Shown: positions 49,581-63,921, counted from the stretch's first letter. The stretch: DNA of 64,000 nt from Octopus bimaculoides (GCF_001194135.2 NC_068984.1:73735942-73799941), one strand, 5' to 3'. A program made the numbers and translations. Notes: generated from the sequence alone by a model not told the origin.

Positions 49581-51026
49581 CCTCTTCCTCCTCCACCTCC
49601 TCCTCCTCCTCCTCCTCCTCCTCCGTTGCATGTATGTATATATGTATGTATGCTTCTAAATACAGATTATAGATTTATATTTATACCAAAAAACAACTGG
49701 TGTGTTTGGTCGTATGAGTAAAGGGCCAAATGAAAACGCTGGAGTTGTCAGGAAAAGGAATCAAACAGCTAACACGCACATTACAAATACAATCTGTAAG
49801 CGGAACTGTAAAAATATGGAAAACTTTTCTCAAGTTTAAGATGTAACTTTATTTACTTTTGTCAACATTCCATCGATTGAACTTTTATATCATTATTAGA
49901 AACTAGCTCTTTCCTACAGAGTAACTCTTCAAACAATTAAAAACAGAAGAAAACATACATACATACATACATACATACGTACATACATACATACATACAT
50001 ACATACATAGAAAATATCACCTATATCAGCAGACATCACAAAATGCCCCAGTAGGATATTATCTTCCTATGAAACATGGAGTTGTCACTAAAACAGTCTA
50101 CAATTTTATATGCAGGAAGAGTTGTCTTAATGGCAAAACCACCCCAGAACCAGCATATATCCACACCTTTAAAAATATAAAAATACATGTGGAACATTAC
50201 AATGAAAATAGCAGCTCGGTGGAAGCACAACAGGCCAGGAATTGTACAGGACTAGAAGCAAATGTAGACACTGTTATAGAAAGTAACTTCCAAGCAAGTG
50301 TGAATGCCAAGTCAAAAATTGGGGAAAAGAACAACCATAGAAAATTAATACAAAAATCTTACATCTCAAATCCAGGTTATAGATATATATATTTGTATAC
50401 TGTTATCACAGGTGCCCAGAGCTAGCAACAACAATAGACTCGCATCGAAGACTAGAAATATGGAGGCACACAGAAAAGGGGGAAAATGGAAGAACACATC
50501 GATTCACTTTTCCTAAACAAAATGGTTTAGTGATAGTGAAAATTCATAAAACATTCCCACGATTTTTCATCTGATGATTCTGCGCTGAATACAGACAAAC
50601 CTTCATGTGCACGTGCAAAATGCACCCACACATATGCTGCAATGAACACACGCATTTGATTATTAAAGCGATATGCACACCCACGAGTGAAAGGTTATCC
50701 CACAAGTACATTGTTTTTTCTCGAGCTCTTGAATTCATAAGTTCTGTCACCTAGTTCCCATTAAGAGACCGAGAATAAGACAACATTCTCCCTGACCAGG
50801 AAGCCGGTCTACTGCAACGGATTCAAGACCAGTAAGTTTCAGTGAGGGGATGGCAGCGGTAAGTCAATAGACTCACCGCTACCTTGGACGTTAGTACTTA
50901 ACTGGCGCTTCATTTTATCGATTCCGAAGGGATGATAGGCAGAGTTGACCTGGGCGGGTTTTGAATGCAGAACATGTTAACGATTCTGGCAGTTCGTCGC
51001 ATAACAAATACATATGCGCGCGCACG

Positions 51027-51076
<50 letters not shown>

Positions 51077-51786
51077 TATACACACATACATATGCACACA
51101 TTTGTGCATATACATATATGCACAAATCTAAAAAGCTGTCTTTACTTAAACAAAAGAAGGTTGTCGCTTCGTTAGTGACCGGTTTGAATTCGGCGAAAGA
51201 AAGAAAAACGAAATCTCACAAAAGAAACATACATACATGCATACATACATACATACATACAGATATACACACACACATTACACACACGCACACATATATT
51301 ATATACACATACATACATATATGCTTACTTTCATACATACACATACACAATTTGTATACTACAACCATACATATATAAACATGTGCGTATACTCGCATTT
51401 ATACACGCGCGCACACATGTTCATTAACGCACATCTGTGGTATGTATGTGTTTCAGTTAGTATGTTTGTGTCAATGTGTGTATATGTGTTTGTGCGTGCG
51501 TCTTTGAGTTTGCGCCATCTTCATACATACTGGGAGATAGACAAAGACAATATCCGTCTCAACTGAACTATGTCTCCTTTTCGCTTCACGTCCAGTTGGT
51601 GCGTACACAATAGTAAGTGCCATATTGTCATGTCACGATAACATCTGATAACATATTGATAACAAATGATAACAGGTCCCTTTCGGCAGCCGACAGCCTA
51701 TCAAATGTAAAACGATACCCTTTTAATTGTTATGTGATTCCTTTCTTTTCGCTTGTGTGTGTGTGTGTGTGTGTGTGTGGATGTAT

Positions 51787-51828
<42 letters not shown>

Positions 51829-51901
51829 GTATATGCATATATNNNNNNNNNNNNNNNNNNNNNNNNNNNNNNNNNNNNNNNNNNNNNNNNNNNNNNNNNN
51901 N

Positions 51902-51950
<49 letters not shown>

Positions 51951-52327
51951 CTATGTATGTATATATGCGTATATATATGTATGTGGGTGTATTGGGTGTG
52001 TATACACGCACACATATATGCGTTTGTATTTATATGGATGTATAGTATGAATAAGTATCAATTTGTGAATATAGTCATTGTGTATGTATATATGTATATA
52101 TGTATGTATATATGTATATCTGTATGTATGTATGTATGTATGTATGTATGTATGTATGTGTATGTGCTTGTATGCGTGTGTGTGTGTTTGTGTGTGAGCG
52201 TGTACTTTAAGTAGACGTTCTACGCGGTTGGTAGTGATAGGGGTGCCAATACTCCTATATTTATGGTATGTGTATGCTTAGTGCTTTTAAGACATGTGTG
52301 GGATAGATAAGATATAAAGGCAGTTAT

Positions 52328-52328
<1 letters not shown>

Positions 52329-52413
<85 letters not shown>
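52329..52413. repeat. (AGAT)n microsatellite
   Basis: Direct read. Confidence 0.95.
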
Positions 52414-53402
52414 GGAGTAAAAGGGTGTGTGAGGCAAGAAGAAAGGAATAGCATTGTGGCTGATGTGTAGTTGAGACAGTATAAGCCGAGAGATCCTCTA
52501 ATTTCTATAAGTGGCTTAATAGGTTTGTAATTATTACGTAGCGCATCTTAAATAGCATTGTGTAACACGATTTTTTTCCTTGAGTAACAATTATTTCCTA
52601 TTTGCTTACCCGTGGAAGGTACGCATAATGGCTAATATTTCCTTCAAACTTTGCTTTTGTTACATTTATTCAAACCTCAAATAATTTCTCTCGGCAGATA
52701 GATATGATGCTCCTCCACAACTCCTGCCCATGATCAGAGATACTCATGCTGTCAGTCACTAAGGGACGTGCTCAAGTATTTAAGGTCAAGCAACTGATGA
52801 GAAGCAAATCTGTGGTATTGAGCAGTATATTTGCTGTAACGATACTTCTGCATCAGCAACTCAGCATTGAATCGGTTTGAAATGTAATGGAAAATAAGTC
52901 AGTTTCAAAACATTGATGTTCAGGTCACAAAAGCAAAGTTTGAAGGTAATAGTAGTCATTTCCTTTGATTTCTAGATAGAAGCGAATAGACAATAACACC
53001 TGCAGACCAAAATGAAAATTTTAAAATTAAAATTTTGTTACATAGGAGAGAGGAATGTAAAGAAAACAAAGGAAATGTAAAAGCGAGGAAATATTATATG
53101 TCTATGAGAGGAAGAGGTATGAGAGTTAATATATGTTTGTGAGAGGGGGAAATGAGAGGATCGATTACGTATGTGAGAGTGATGCATATGAAAGAAAGAG
53201 AGAGAAAGATGGAGAAAGAGAAGAGCGAGAAGTGGGGATAAGCGTGAAAAGGGAGTCAGAGTGAATTTTCTATTGGATGCTGAGAATTGACTCAGAGGAG
53301 AAGCGAGAAAGAGTGAGACTGATTAAAGACGCAGAGAGGTGGAAGGAGTCATCTGGTTTCTTCAATTTAATGTATTATGAGACGACAAAGGGATAAAGAA
53401 GT

Positions 53403-53466
<64 letters not shown>

Positions 53467-55235
53467 GGCAGTCAGATTAATAAACAGAAGGGAAGCACTG
53501 GTCGATCAAGAAAATTATATATATATACACGAAAAATAAGCATAATGCAGATGGATTGAAGATATACTGGAGGTGCGAAAATCGTGTGTGGTAGGCGAGA
53601 CTTCATACAGATGAAAATTATAAAGAGCTTATGAAGACTGGGATCCATAATCACGCTTCAACTGCTGCAAGGATAATAGTTTCAAATATTAACGTAAAGT
53701 CTATTTCTTCTCGTGATGTCCCTCGCTCAATCATCGCTTGGGAAGTTCAGAATTTAAGCGACTGTACATTGTCGGAAATACCTCCGTTTGCACAGTTTAA
53801 TAAGAATATTAGATGTTGGAGGCAAGCTGATTCCAACTAACCTGTCATCCGACTTACAAGTGTTGGGTTTTCCATTCCAAGTGAATACTCCTACCTTAAC
53901 AGTGATGAAACGTTTTTACAGTATGACAGTGAGATGGGAGATTCTAAACGAATACTAATATCGCAAGTGACGAAGCACTTCGACAGTTAAAACAGCACAA
54001 GAACTATTTTGATAATAATTATATAGGATCACCTAGAGGAAGAGGACAGAGGAGGTGACGCCTTGAATCTCCATTTCCATTACCTACATGGAATGTCTGG
54101 GATCGATGTACGATGAGTGTGTGTGTGTGTGTGTGTGTTTAAAATAGAAAAAAAAAATAAATGCGCCCTTTTAAAGCCTAGCCAGGCTCATGGGCCCGGT
54201 TTCCCGGTTTCAATGGTGTATGTGTTTCCCAGATGGACGGGACACCAGTCCACCGCAGCGTCACTCATTTTTGCCAGCTGAGTGAACTGGAATAACGTGA
54301 AATGAAGAGTTTTGCTCAAGAACACAACGCGTCGCCCCGATCCAGGAATCGAAACCACAATCTTACGATCGTGATGCCTAAACACTGAGCCACACGCCTC
54401 CACGTGTATGCGTTTACGTCATAAGCATTTATAAACTTTCGAGAGAACATGATATGATTCTCTTTTGTAATTGTGGATCTCGAAGCATATAAAGCTATAA
54501 GTAATAGCTTGAAAAACCCTTTTGGATAGAAGAAAAATTGGCTTTTATATGATATGTTAATATATTTAATTCCATTTGCAAATACCATAACGACATTAAT
54601 TAAATCGATATATTTAGTATACTGTCTCGGTGGTTTAATGAATACTCTGCACTTACACACACACATCTTCACTTTCCACACTCTTCCTTTCTTTTCTCCT
54701 CTTCTCTCAACTCCGCTTTACCTCAATTCCTTTATCCTCCTCGTCCTCTTCCTCCCCCTTTTTCTTCTTCTTCTCCCCTGTCTGTCTGTCTGTCTGTCTG
54801 ACTTCTTTTTCTTTTTATTAGTTTCTCTTTTATCAAAATAATTTGCAAGCATTTACGTTTAGTTCAGTAAAACACGTGGGAAAATTCGAGACACACTTTC
54901 CGAAATGGGACACGCGCTCCGTTGCTAACCATAAAACAGTTTGATAAAGTAACAAGAGAAAATAAAAAAAAAGTATATATTTGCACAAGAAAGAATGGAA
55001 GAGAGGAGGGGGTGTAGACATTTCTCATGTTGTTTTCTTGTCTTTTATACACTTATTTTTTGCCGTTTGTTTGTTTTCCTTCTCTATAATTTATAGATCT
55101 TGTTTTTGTTGTTGTTGTTGTTGTTAGAATTTTATTGTTTTACTGGTATATTTATTTAGTATTCGTCTACTAGTCTATTGTTACTACCGTGGGGAATATG
55201 TATATATAATACACACACATACACACACACACACA

Positions 55236-55280
<45 letters not shown>

Positions 55281-55508
55281 NNNNNNNNNNNNNNNNNNNN
55301 NNNNNNNNNNNNNNNNNNNNNNNNNNNNNNNNNNNNNNNNNNNNNNNNNNNNNNNNNNNNNNNNNNNNNNNNNNNNNNNNNNNNNNNNNNNNNNNNNNNN
55401 NNNNNNNNNNNNNNNNNNNNNNNNNNNNNNNNNNNNNNNNNNNNNNNNNNNNNNNNNNNNNNNNNNNNNNNNNNNNNNNNNNNNNNNNNNNNNNNNNNNN
55501 NNNNNATG

Positions 55509-55546
<38 letters not shown>

Positions 55547-58169
55547 CATATATATACACATACACATATACTGTCACAGCTTGTATATAAATGTAAGGTG
55601 CACACACCCACATCCACACATACATACACACACACACACGCACGTACCCCCACACCCTCACACATACACACGCACCCACGCACACACTTTATCAGTGAGC
55701 CAATTCGTCCTTATTTTTCTTTGTGAAACAAGATGTCTCATTGTATTTGTGTATCTATGTCTGTATAAGAAGGCATATGTTAATTTATGTGAGCGTAGAT
55801 GTATGTAAATACGTTTATTTGTCTCAATTTCTACACCTACATAGCTATTTACCTCACACACACACACACACAGACACACACACAAACATATATATGCATG
55901 CATACATACTGTATACGAAGATTCATGCGTATACATGATGTATGTGTATATGTGCATATATACGTGTATAAAACATTCCCTCAATATACACAAGAGAAAA
56001 AAGCCAGGTCAGTTCCTCCTCAACTTTATTCGATTATCAAAGAATATGTATAAGAATATGTATATGTATTTTTCCATATGTGTATTTTCATACACTGTTT
56101 TTAACAATTTCACCTTAATATCAGAGAATGTGTGACAATCAGTATGTAACACTACAAAGTTCATACAAAGCTTTATACTTTAAATATATTTTATCATCAA
56201 AGAATGTATATGTGCATTTTAATACTCAAACTGTTTTTTAACATTTTTTATTATTCTCAAAGACTTTTGATAATCTTTTTCTAAAAAAGTGAAACCGGTT
56301 AAGTAAATAAATATTTAAAANNNNNNNNNNNNNNNNNNNNNNNNNNNNNNNNNNNNNNNNNNNNNNNNNNNNNNNNNNNNNNNNNNNNNNNNNNNNNNNN
56401 NNNNNNNNNNNNNNNNNNNNNNNNNNNNNNNNNNNNNNNNNNNNNNNNNNNNNNNNNNNNNNNNNNNNNNNNNNNNNNNNNNNNNNNNNNNNNNNNNNNN
56501 NNNNNNNNNNNNNNNNNNNNNNNNNNNNNNNNNNNNNNNNNNNNNNNNNNNNNNNNNNNNNNNNNNNNNNNNNNNNNNNNNNNNNNNNNNNNNNNNNNNN
56601 NNNNNNNNNNNNNNNNNNNNNNNNNNNNNNNNNNNNNNNNNNNNNNNNNNNNNNNNNNNNNNNNNNNNNNNNNNNNNNNNNNNNNNNNNNNNNNNNNNNN
56701 NNNNNNNNNNNNNNNNNNNNNNNNNNNNNNNNNNNNNNNNNNNNNNNNNNNNNNNNNNNNNNNNNNNNNNNNNNNNNNNNNNNNNNNNNNNNNNNNNNNN
56801 NNNNNNNNNNNNNNNNNNNNNNNNNNNNNNNNNNNNNNNNNNNNNNNNNNNNNNNNNNNNNNNNNNNNNNNNNNNNNNNNNNNNNNNNNNNNNNNNNNNN
56901 NNNNNNNNNNNNNNNNNNNNNNNNNNNNNNNNNNNNNNNNNNNNNNNNNNNNNNNNNNNNNNNNNNNNNTCACTGGTACTTAATTTATCGACCCCTAAAG
57001 GATGAAAATAATGCAGGCATAAAATGATATCGCTCCCCAAAAACTTTTATTGGTGGTTGCGCGGTGAAAGTGTCATAGTCGCGTGAGTAAAGAGCATCAT
57101 TATTACAATGAAAACGGGACAGACTACAGCTTTGCTTGTTTCTATGGAAAGAGACAGGAAGTGAGATTTATGGTGCTCTTGGCTTTCGATTGGTTAAAAT
57201 TGCTCAAGATTTGCAAAACATTTTGCTGTTAGCTTTTTATTTATGCAAAAAAAAAAAAAAAGAATTTGCTTCGTAACTAGAATACAAGACTAAATTGGTA
57301 ATAACTAAACTGCAAAACAATTGCAAAAAAATTGAAAAAGAAAAACATGCAATACAGACAAATCCACACACATAAATATGCCCACAGAAACAATTCCACA
57401 AACGCGCGCGCTAGAAGAGATATCTGGCGTTGTCTGCGTGCTCAATATGCAGAGGAATTTTTTCTCATTAAACTTAAATGACTTATAACAAGATTTTATA
57501 TAGCATTCCGATAATTGAATATTTGCATTTACTTTGTTATGTTGATACATAAAGTAAGTGAGTCATTACAAACTTATATTCGAATAAATACTTTTATTTT
57601 CTAGTTACGTATTTATATATATATGCTATTGTTATCTGTGCGTGTGTATCCATGTATATCTGTATAGGACGGCATTGATTTTTAATATCACGCAAGTTCT
57701 GTCTTAGTAAATCGGTGTCAATCTTTTTTGATGGTTTGTTCCGTTGAAATTTTGCTTTTTTACCTTTCTAAATTATAACTGTTGTATTAATTCGAATATG
57801 TTAAGCAGTCATGGAAACAACTGATAGACCATGGAAATAATTTTACAACTTTTAAATATATTTTAGTTGCTGAAGATCCAGAAGATAAGAGGGAAAGCAT
57901 ACTTATTTTGTTAAAGCTTAATATATCTGTCATAAATGCAAATGTTTCTCCTTACAGTAATTTGTATAACTTGTGTCGAAGTTACTTAAGATTTTGTTCC
58001 TCTTGAACATTAAATGCTTGCTCATATATATCAATATATATTTCATAAAACACTTTTAACTTTTCTGGTTTCAGTCATAGGCTGGGGCCATGCTGGAGCA
58101 CCACCTTTCACTGTGTTTGCATTTCCTTTCTGTACTGTTTTTGGTGAAGTATTGAGTTGAACTGAGACA

Positions 58170-58477
58170 CTCTTTTTTGTGTCACCTGCAACAATGTGAG
58201 TTCATGTGGGATTCAGATGGAATTTTGTCCAGACACTCTCCATATCGCAAATCACTGAGTTTATTTGGCAGAATGTTGAAGAGCTGTGGACGCCTAAAGC
58301 CCAAGCTGTTACAGTACTGGGTCCTTATTCTAGAGGGAGAAGACGGGATCTTTGGTATTATGCAGTGCCATCCAGTTCGGTGATTGGTATAGCTCTTAAT
58401 TCCAAAGTCGGGAGCTAGATTTTCCAGGATCTTCCATATGTATATCACTGTATATATTTCACTCTTTCTCTCTAAGG
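58170..58477 (-). mobile_element. CR1/L2-type LINE RT C-terminal fragment
   Basis: LERKSEIYTVIYIWKILENLAPDFGI...NSLGFRRPQLFNILP resembles the L-E-R-R-R-x-R...W-K-I-L...G-P-x-L-F-N-x-L-P end of CR1/L2-group RTs; exact clade uncertain. Confidence 0.7.
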
Positions 58478-59830
58478 CAGTGGTTCTCAAAAGGTGCGCC
58501 CGGAAGATATCTCGGTGTGCCCTGAAATTTTCCAGGGATGTGCATTCAGATATAAAGAAGTAAATGCATAGCTACTTTCTTATACAGTTACCTTACAGAT
58601 ATACCGGTATTTCCATCAACACAAGATTATAACAACAGTGCTCTTCTTTGCAACAAAGTATACCCATACAAAATGGATATGTTTCTTATTAAAAAGAAGC
58701 ATGATATTGATGAATGTGAACCTGGAAGTGAGCAAAACTTAAGTGAAGCAAGCTGTTCAAATAAGAAACTGAAACCGCGGCCTACTCGCAAGTGCAATGT
58801 AAGTTAAGCTTTGGTTTCACATGGACTTGAACTGAAGACCATCCTTTGCCGCTATGTTTAGTATGTGGAAATAAAATGTCAAATGAATCCTTGCTTCCTA
58901 GTAAACTGAACAAACATTTAAAAACTAAACATCCTTATTTACAAGATAAATCTACAAATTATTTTAAGAAATTGTCTGAACAGCAAACTAAAGCGGCAAA
59001 TTCTTTTATAAATAAAATGACTGTCTCTAAGAAAGCTCAAATCGCTTCCTACCAAGTCTCAGAACTGATAGCACAAAATATGAAAGCTCATACTATAAGC
59101 GAGTCACTCATTTTGCCTGCGTGCAAAAAGGTAGTCTCGACAATGCTTGGGAATGAAGCGGCAAAAGAAATAAGCAAGATTCCACTGTCCAACGATACAG
59201 TTCACTGGCACATTTTAGAAATGTTTTCTGATATCGAGGAAAATGTATGTAGCAATAAACTTAAGTATTCACCTTTTGCAATTGCAAGTTGATGAATCAA
59301 CAGACATCACCAACAAGGCGCAACTCTTAGCATTCATTCGTTTTATAGTAAATTAGTTTCTTTTTGGCAAAAAACAAAGTGTCGCTACAAAAGGAGAGGA
59401 CGTTTTCAACATTATGAATACATACTTTGATAAATGGCAGTTATCATGGAAATCATGTGTGGGTATTTGTACAGATGGAGCCCCTTCCATGGTAGGCTGT
59501 GTTAAGGGTCTCACAGCTTTTGTAAAAAAAAACAAAAAAAACACTGCTTTCTTCATAGAGAGGCCTTGATGGCAAAAAACATTAGGAGAGGAACTAAAAG
59601 AAGTTTTAGATCAAGTTGTTCAGATGGTAAACTTTATTAAAACAAAACCTGTCAAATCTTGCATATTCGAATAGGTTTGTATCGATATGGATTCTCAACA
59701 CAAACGGCTGCTTTTATACACCAAAGTAAGGTGACTGTCAAGAGGAAAAGTACTTACCCGTGTACAGGAACTACGACACGAACTTTTTGCGTTCTTTGAA
59801 GAAATGAAGCAATCTAATTTTTGTGACCTA
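58478..59830 (+). mobile_element. hAT transposon, Buster subgroup (Charlie/ZBED5/SCAND3-type transposase), frameshifted and 3'-truncated
   Basis: 5' TIR cagtggttctcaa; upstream 8-mer ctcTAagg; ATG at 58673; PLCLVCG..MSNESLLPSKLNKHLKTKHP, IPLSNDTV, QVDESTDITNKAQLLAFIRF, CTDGAPSM, HREAL motifs with frameshifts. Confidence 0.9.
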
Positions 59831-60380
59831 TCTATAGATAGATAGATAGAAAGGATTAATATAATAATAATATAACTCGAGGATGGAAGATATCCGGCTT
59901 TAATAGCATGTCATAACGTATGTTTCTGCACCGGAAACCAGCTTGCAGTTGCTGAGTTTACATTCGTGTACCATAAGATTATTCTTTAGAATTACTATAT
60001 AATTCAATATTTATCAGTAACAACTGTGTTGGAGTGCTTCATGGGGTAGAATGGCTGCAGCCCAGTGCCTAAATCAATAATAATATAAAAGGAAATCAAA
60101 GCAAGAAATTACCCTATATCATGTCAATGCCTCTGTATAATGAATACAAATGTAATATACATGGCCTTATTCGACTCACTTTACTTCTAGATTTACCTTC
60201 CTACAAATACATATATCAGTAGGATTCCTTTCAGACTAGAAATGAAGCTGGATTTCTGGCAGCTGATTGTTAGTGATAAGAGTACTTTTGCTAACGCTTT
60301 GCTGACAGTTGACTTGAAGGAAATAATTTTATGGTCGTCCTGTAAATGTCTGTCATGTTTGTTTTTCACAGGTGACTGTA

Positions 60381-60602
60381 CAAGGTGCATTCTTCAAGCA
60401 AAGGAGAAAATAAAGGCAGTTGTGACAAAGACCATGAACAAGTCCACTTTGGGGGACTACCATGGGGTCTTCGTGAAGTGGCTGGAACGCTAAAACAAGG
60501 TTATTGAGGCCAGAGTATCCTATTTAGGAGATTGGAGTTTTGTGTTTTGAAATTGATAAAGGCTTTTCTTGAAAAACTTCAAAACGTCTGCAATGCACCT
60601 TG
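60381..60602 (+). mobile_element. Internally deleted mariner mini-element
   Basis: TA|caaggtgcatt ... aatgcaccttg|TA; interior translates EKIKAVVTKTMNKSTLGDYHGVFVKWLER*NKVIEARVSYLGD, like the mariner C-terminus (..F..L.ER..KCI...GDYFE). Confidence 0.75.
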
Positions 60603-62195
60603 TAACATCTTTGGTTTCTAGGGAAATGAAACCTGCTGACCACATCAAGAAAAACACCTCATTTAGCTTTCCAGTGAAAGCTTCACCGCCATTTATGTAC
60701 ATTTCAGCCGCAATTAAATTTGCATTATAGACATCATTAATGGAAAATGAGCGTATAGTTTTATAATACTGAGAATTTTATCAAGAGCTATGCTGATGGG
60801 AGCTAACAGCAGGCTATCAATACATTCCTGATTTGGATGTTATGCTTAGAAGCTTTTGAAATGTCTTTACGTATTGCTTCTTTGTCTCTGATATGTACAC
60901 TTTCACAATGAGAACGTGTGAAGCACCTACATGAGCTAGATCATAGACTGCTCAAAGGATTTTGAAAAGATTCTGTGCATTCTTTGTCTTAGTATACATT
61001 GCCCCTTGAGCACTTGCCTCAAGCCAGTCAGTTTTCATGAATTTAGAACTGAATTGTGGCCTTTTCTAACAATCTTAACTCGTTAAAGGCCTTGCATTTT
61101 TTTTTGTTATTTTTATCAAACCTATTGTGGCGACGTCCATTTCAGTGGTCAAGTTTGTCAGGTTTCAGGGGTAAAAGAGTATCTCTTATCGAGAATCCTA
61201 AGTATTTTTCATGTTAATCGCCGACTTCTCTTATCTAAATCTCTCACAACGAAATAAATGACGAAGAATATATTCCTTTGTATTGCAATAGTAGATATAG
61301 ACTACATGCGCTGTTAAACAAAAATAAAAAGAAATCAGAGATGCAGATTTACAAACGAAGGTAAGAAATATTTTGAAACAAAATATCCTTATCACAAACA
61401 GTTGCTATTATATAAATGCGATACGTGAGCGCTATTGCTTATGAACGCAACAATCCTGGCTAATTTATCAATTTATGAAAACTAACGTAGAGAAAGTTGC
61501 TTAGGTCTGGTCTTTTGAACTTGCCGACTGTCTGCATACATGTTAGAGAAAGGCCACTGACTACAATGATACAATGTATCATACTTGTAAGTGAATGGAT
61601 GGGGAAATAGCGATGAATTAATCAAAGTAATGGGCAGAAATTGTAATAAAACATATGGAAGCAAAGGTGTAGAGAAATAAAGAAAAACAATGAGAGAAAA
61701 AAAATTATTAGGTTTTGTCTGAGGCATATCAAAGAGATCAGTATGAAAGACTAAAAGTTTTATGTCAATCATAGACAAAATAGCTACAACTGGAATGAAG
61801 AGAAGACGAGTATTACATATTTTTTGGAACATACATTCGTTGTTTTTGCTGATCTTTTAATAGTAACAGAACAATTGAGAAGGTGTTTTCTGTATTACAG
61901 GAAGTTGAGAGAGACTGGAGAGGAAGCATAAAAGTAGCCTTAATAGAAATGCCAAAGACAAAAATAGCACAGAAAAGCAGGATCTGTATCCAAAGATGGA
62001 CAAATAAGTGTAAAATAGGGTCGTTAATATCATTATTATTATTATTATTATTTTATGTTTGACTTTTGTTTTGCATTTGTACAAGTTGGATCCAAGTCTC
62101 ACCCAGAGACCTCAAGAGACAACAAGTTAGAAGTTCATGTAGGTGTTATGCCTAGAGTACCATATATTTGTATTTGTACAGTTTTGTTCAAGTGA

Positions 62196-62334
<139 letters not shown>

Positions 62335-62885
62335 ATGCCCTGATGCAGTACAATGCAGTGGCTCTCAAGGCTTTTGATCTTAACTGATTGGAAGTGTTAT
62401 CATGTACATTGTTTTGTCTTGATATAAAAAATATGGTCTACAGCAAATATTCTGCTCCATACCACAGATTTGCTTGTCATTTACTTGAGCTTAACCAGTT
62501 GAGCATGTCTCTTAATGACTGATGATATGTGTATCTCTGATCATGGGCAGAAGTAGTGGGGGGGGGACATCATAGCCATGTGTTGAGAGGAATTCTTTTG
62601 GGTTTGAATAATACACCTCTGGAAAAGTTAAACACCTTTAAACAAACCTTATTCAGGGACCTTTTGAGCAGGATGGGCTATACGACTTGAACAAAATTGT
62701 AACTGGGCCCCACCTGCAAGGTCATGCGCTGTTTACCTTGATATGAGACCACCATGTCGCGCACATATGGTTGTGATGCATGTGCCTGGTGTACCCTTAT
62801 CAGACTGGTAGTCATTATGGACATATTGGTCTTCGTATATTTTACCCCTGTGTCACTTTGATGCCATGTGCTACTCTCTCACTCA
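62335..62885 (+). mobile_element. Repeat family F5 full copy
   Basis: Starts atgccctgatgcagt, ends ctctctcactca|ataat; aligns with 63180-63690 and the reverse complement of 4197-4732. Confidence 0.85.
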
Positions 62886-62902
62886 ATAATAATAGTATTA
62901 AT

Positions 62903-63098
62903 AATCCTTTCTAATATAGGCACAAGGCCAGAAATTTTGGGGGAGGGGGCCAGTCGATATGATCGACCCCAGTACGCAACTGGTACTTAATTTATCGACC
63001 GCGAAAGGATGAAAGGCAAAGTCGAACTCAGAACGTAGCGGCAGACGAAATACCGCATAGCATTTCACCAAGCGTGCTAACGATTTGGCCAGCTCACG

Positions 63099-63101
<3 letters not shown>
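62903..63101 (-). mobile_element. SINE family A copy
   Basis: Sequence match to the other A copies; lies between F5 copies. Confidence 0.8.
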
Positions 63102-63179
<78 letters not shown>

Positions 63180-63181
<2 letters not shown>

Positions 63182-63690
63182 GCCCTGATACAGTACCAGG
63201 TAGTGGGTCTCATGGCTTTTGATCTTAACTGATTGGAAGTGTTATCATGTACATTGTTTTTTTTTTCTTGATATAAAAGATATGCTACAGCAAATATTCT
63301 GCTGAACACCACAGATTTGCTTGTTAGTTATTTTACCTTAACTACTTGAACATGTTCCTTAGTGGCTGACGATATGTGCATCTCTGATCATGAGCAGAAG
63401 TAATGGGGGAGCATCATAGCCATGTGTTGAGAGGAATTCTTTGGGGTTTGAATAATTCACCACTGGAAACATTGGTGTTTTGTTTATTATCCTTAAAACA
63501 AACGTCATTCAGGGATCTCTTCAGTGGGATGGGCTACTTGACCTGAATAAAATTTTGACTGGGCCCCACCTGCAAGATCATGTGTGGTTTATCTTGATAT
63601 GAGATAACCATGTCGCGCACATGAATTATACTGGGCTTCGTATATTTTGCTCCAGTGTCACTTTGATGGTATGCGCCACTCTCTCACTCA
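63180..63690 (+). mobile_element. Repeat family F5 copy (internal deletion)
   Basis: Same termini as 62335-62885; (AAT)n on both sides. Confidence 0.85.
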
Positions 63691-63711
63691 ATAATAATAA
63701 TAATAATAATA

Positions 63712-63919
63712 AGAATTTCTATTATAGGCATAAGGCCTGAAATTTGTGGGGAGGGAACTGGTCGAATACGCCGATCCCAGTGTTTCACTGGTACTTAATT
63801 TATCGAAAGGATGAAAGGCAAAGACGACCTCGGTAGAATTTGAACTCAGAACGTAAAGACAGACGAAATATCGCTAAGCATTTTGTCCGGTGTGCTAACG
63901 GTTCTTCCAGCTCACCGCC

Positions 63920-63921
<2 letters not shown>
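63712..63921 (-). mobile_element. SINE family A copy
   Basis: Sequence match; followed by (AAT)n to the window end. Confidence 0.8.

Noticed and set aside
50069-50425. 118-aa ORF
   Set aside because: No recognisable motif, biased composition and no splice partners.
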